Shown in pieces: positions 63,679 to 64,000 of a DNA stretch of 64,000 nt. The DNA is from Tubulanus polymorphus (taxonomy: Eukaryota > Animalia > Nemertea), in NCBI RefSeq assembly GCF_964204645.1, contig NC_134035.1:5394001-5458000 (forward strand). The letters run 5' to 3'. Positions within the stretch are counted from its first letter, which is position 1, and every line of letters begins with the position of its first letter. A program made the translations under genes and the position numbers. The notes below the pieces were generated by a model, which worked only from the letters and a program-made list of their open reading frames with translations, was not told the DNA's origin and ran no database searches.

Positions 63679-64000
63679 ATGATGCGATATGTACAAATTG
63701 CAGCGTGTAGTAGGTGGTGCCACTCTACCGCTAGGATTTCAGCTGTGCGGAGATGCTCTTCATCTTCGACCACTGGTCGTCGACCGATCGACCCGTCGCT
63801 GCTGTCGACGGTTAAACCGCTGAAACCAACGAAATCGAAATCGAGCACCGACACGAAAAAACACTTCGTCGATTACCGGGTCGTGAATTTCGTCGGCGGC
63901 AATGGAGGCGACGGATGTTCGGCTTTCAGTAGCTACGCCGGTAAAGAGTGGGCGGGGCCTGATGGCGGGGATGGGGGAAACGGAGGTCACGTGATACTCG
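63679..64000 (+). CDS. MTG2: Mitochondrial ribosome-associated Obg GTPase, 5' part, runs off the right edge
   Basis: MMRYVQIAACSRWCHSTARISAVRRCSSSS (Arg/Ser-rich mitochondrial presequence) followed by the Obg fold HFVDYRVVNFVGGNGGDGCSAF...WAGPDGGDGGNGGHVIL. It is absent from the ORF track because there is no stop in the window. Confidence 0.88.
   Translation, partial: MMRYVQIAACSRWCHSTARISAVRRCSSSSTTGRRPIDPSLLSTVKPLKPTKSKSSTDTKKHFVDYRVVNFVGGNGGDGCSAFSSYAGKEWAGPDGGDGGNGGHVIL

Overview
Gene-dense, AT-rich, intron-containing eukaryotic DNA from an invertebrate animal (a lophotrochozoan is my inference). It is not prokaryotic, and I found no CRISPR array, rRNA or true tRNA. Hand-spliced genes in order: KIF17/OSM-3-type kinesin-2 (-, runs off the left edge), head-to-head with INTU (+, single-exon CDS); an ankyrin-repeat/SOCS-box gene (-); a 4-TM MS4A-like gene (-); a 5-hydroxyisourate hydrolase with an unexpected hydrophobic N-terminal exon (-); WDR45/WIPI4 (-) head-to-head with PIGV (+); a ZIP8/ZIP14-type zinc transporter (-) head-to-head with an unrecognised 10-exon gene (+, 40133-49752, about 675 aa); a second MS4A-like gene (-) head-to-head with SPTY2D1/SPT2 (+); NOSIP (+); and the start of MTG2/GTPBP5 (+). 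The best novelty candidate is the 10-exon gene, which the ORF track shows only as fragments. It joins an RPA70N-like OB fold, a basic linker with three TQT (LC8-type) motifs, about 45 cysteines in CxxC modules and a C-terminal MYND finger. Other notable items are the signal-peptide-like HIU hydrolase, a tRNA-like (A-box/B-box) minisatellite, strongly CpG-rich exons and many non-autonomous DNA transposons. Exon coordinates were read by eye and may be off by a few bases. No database searches were run.
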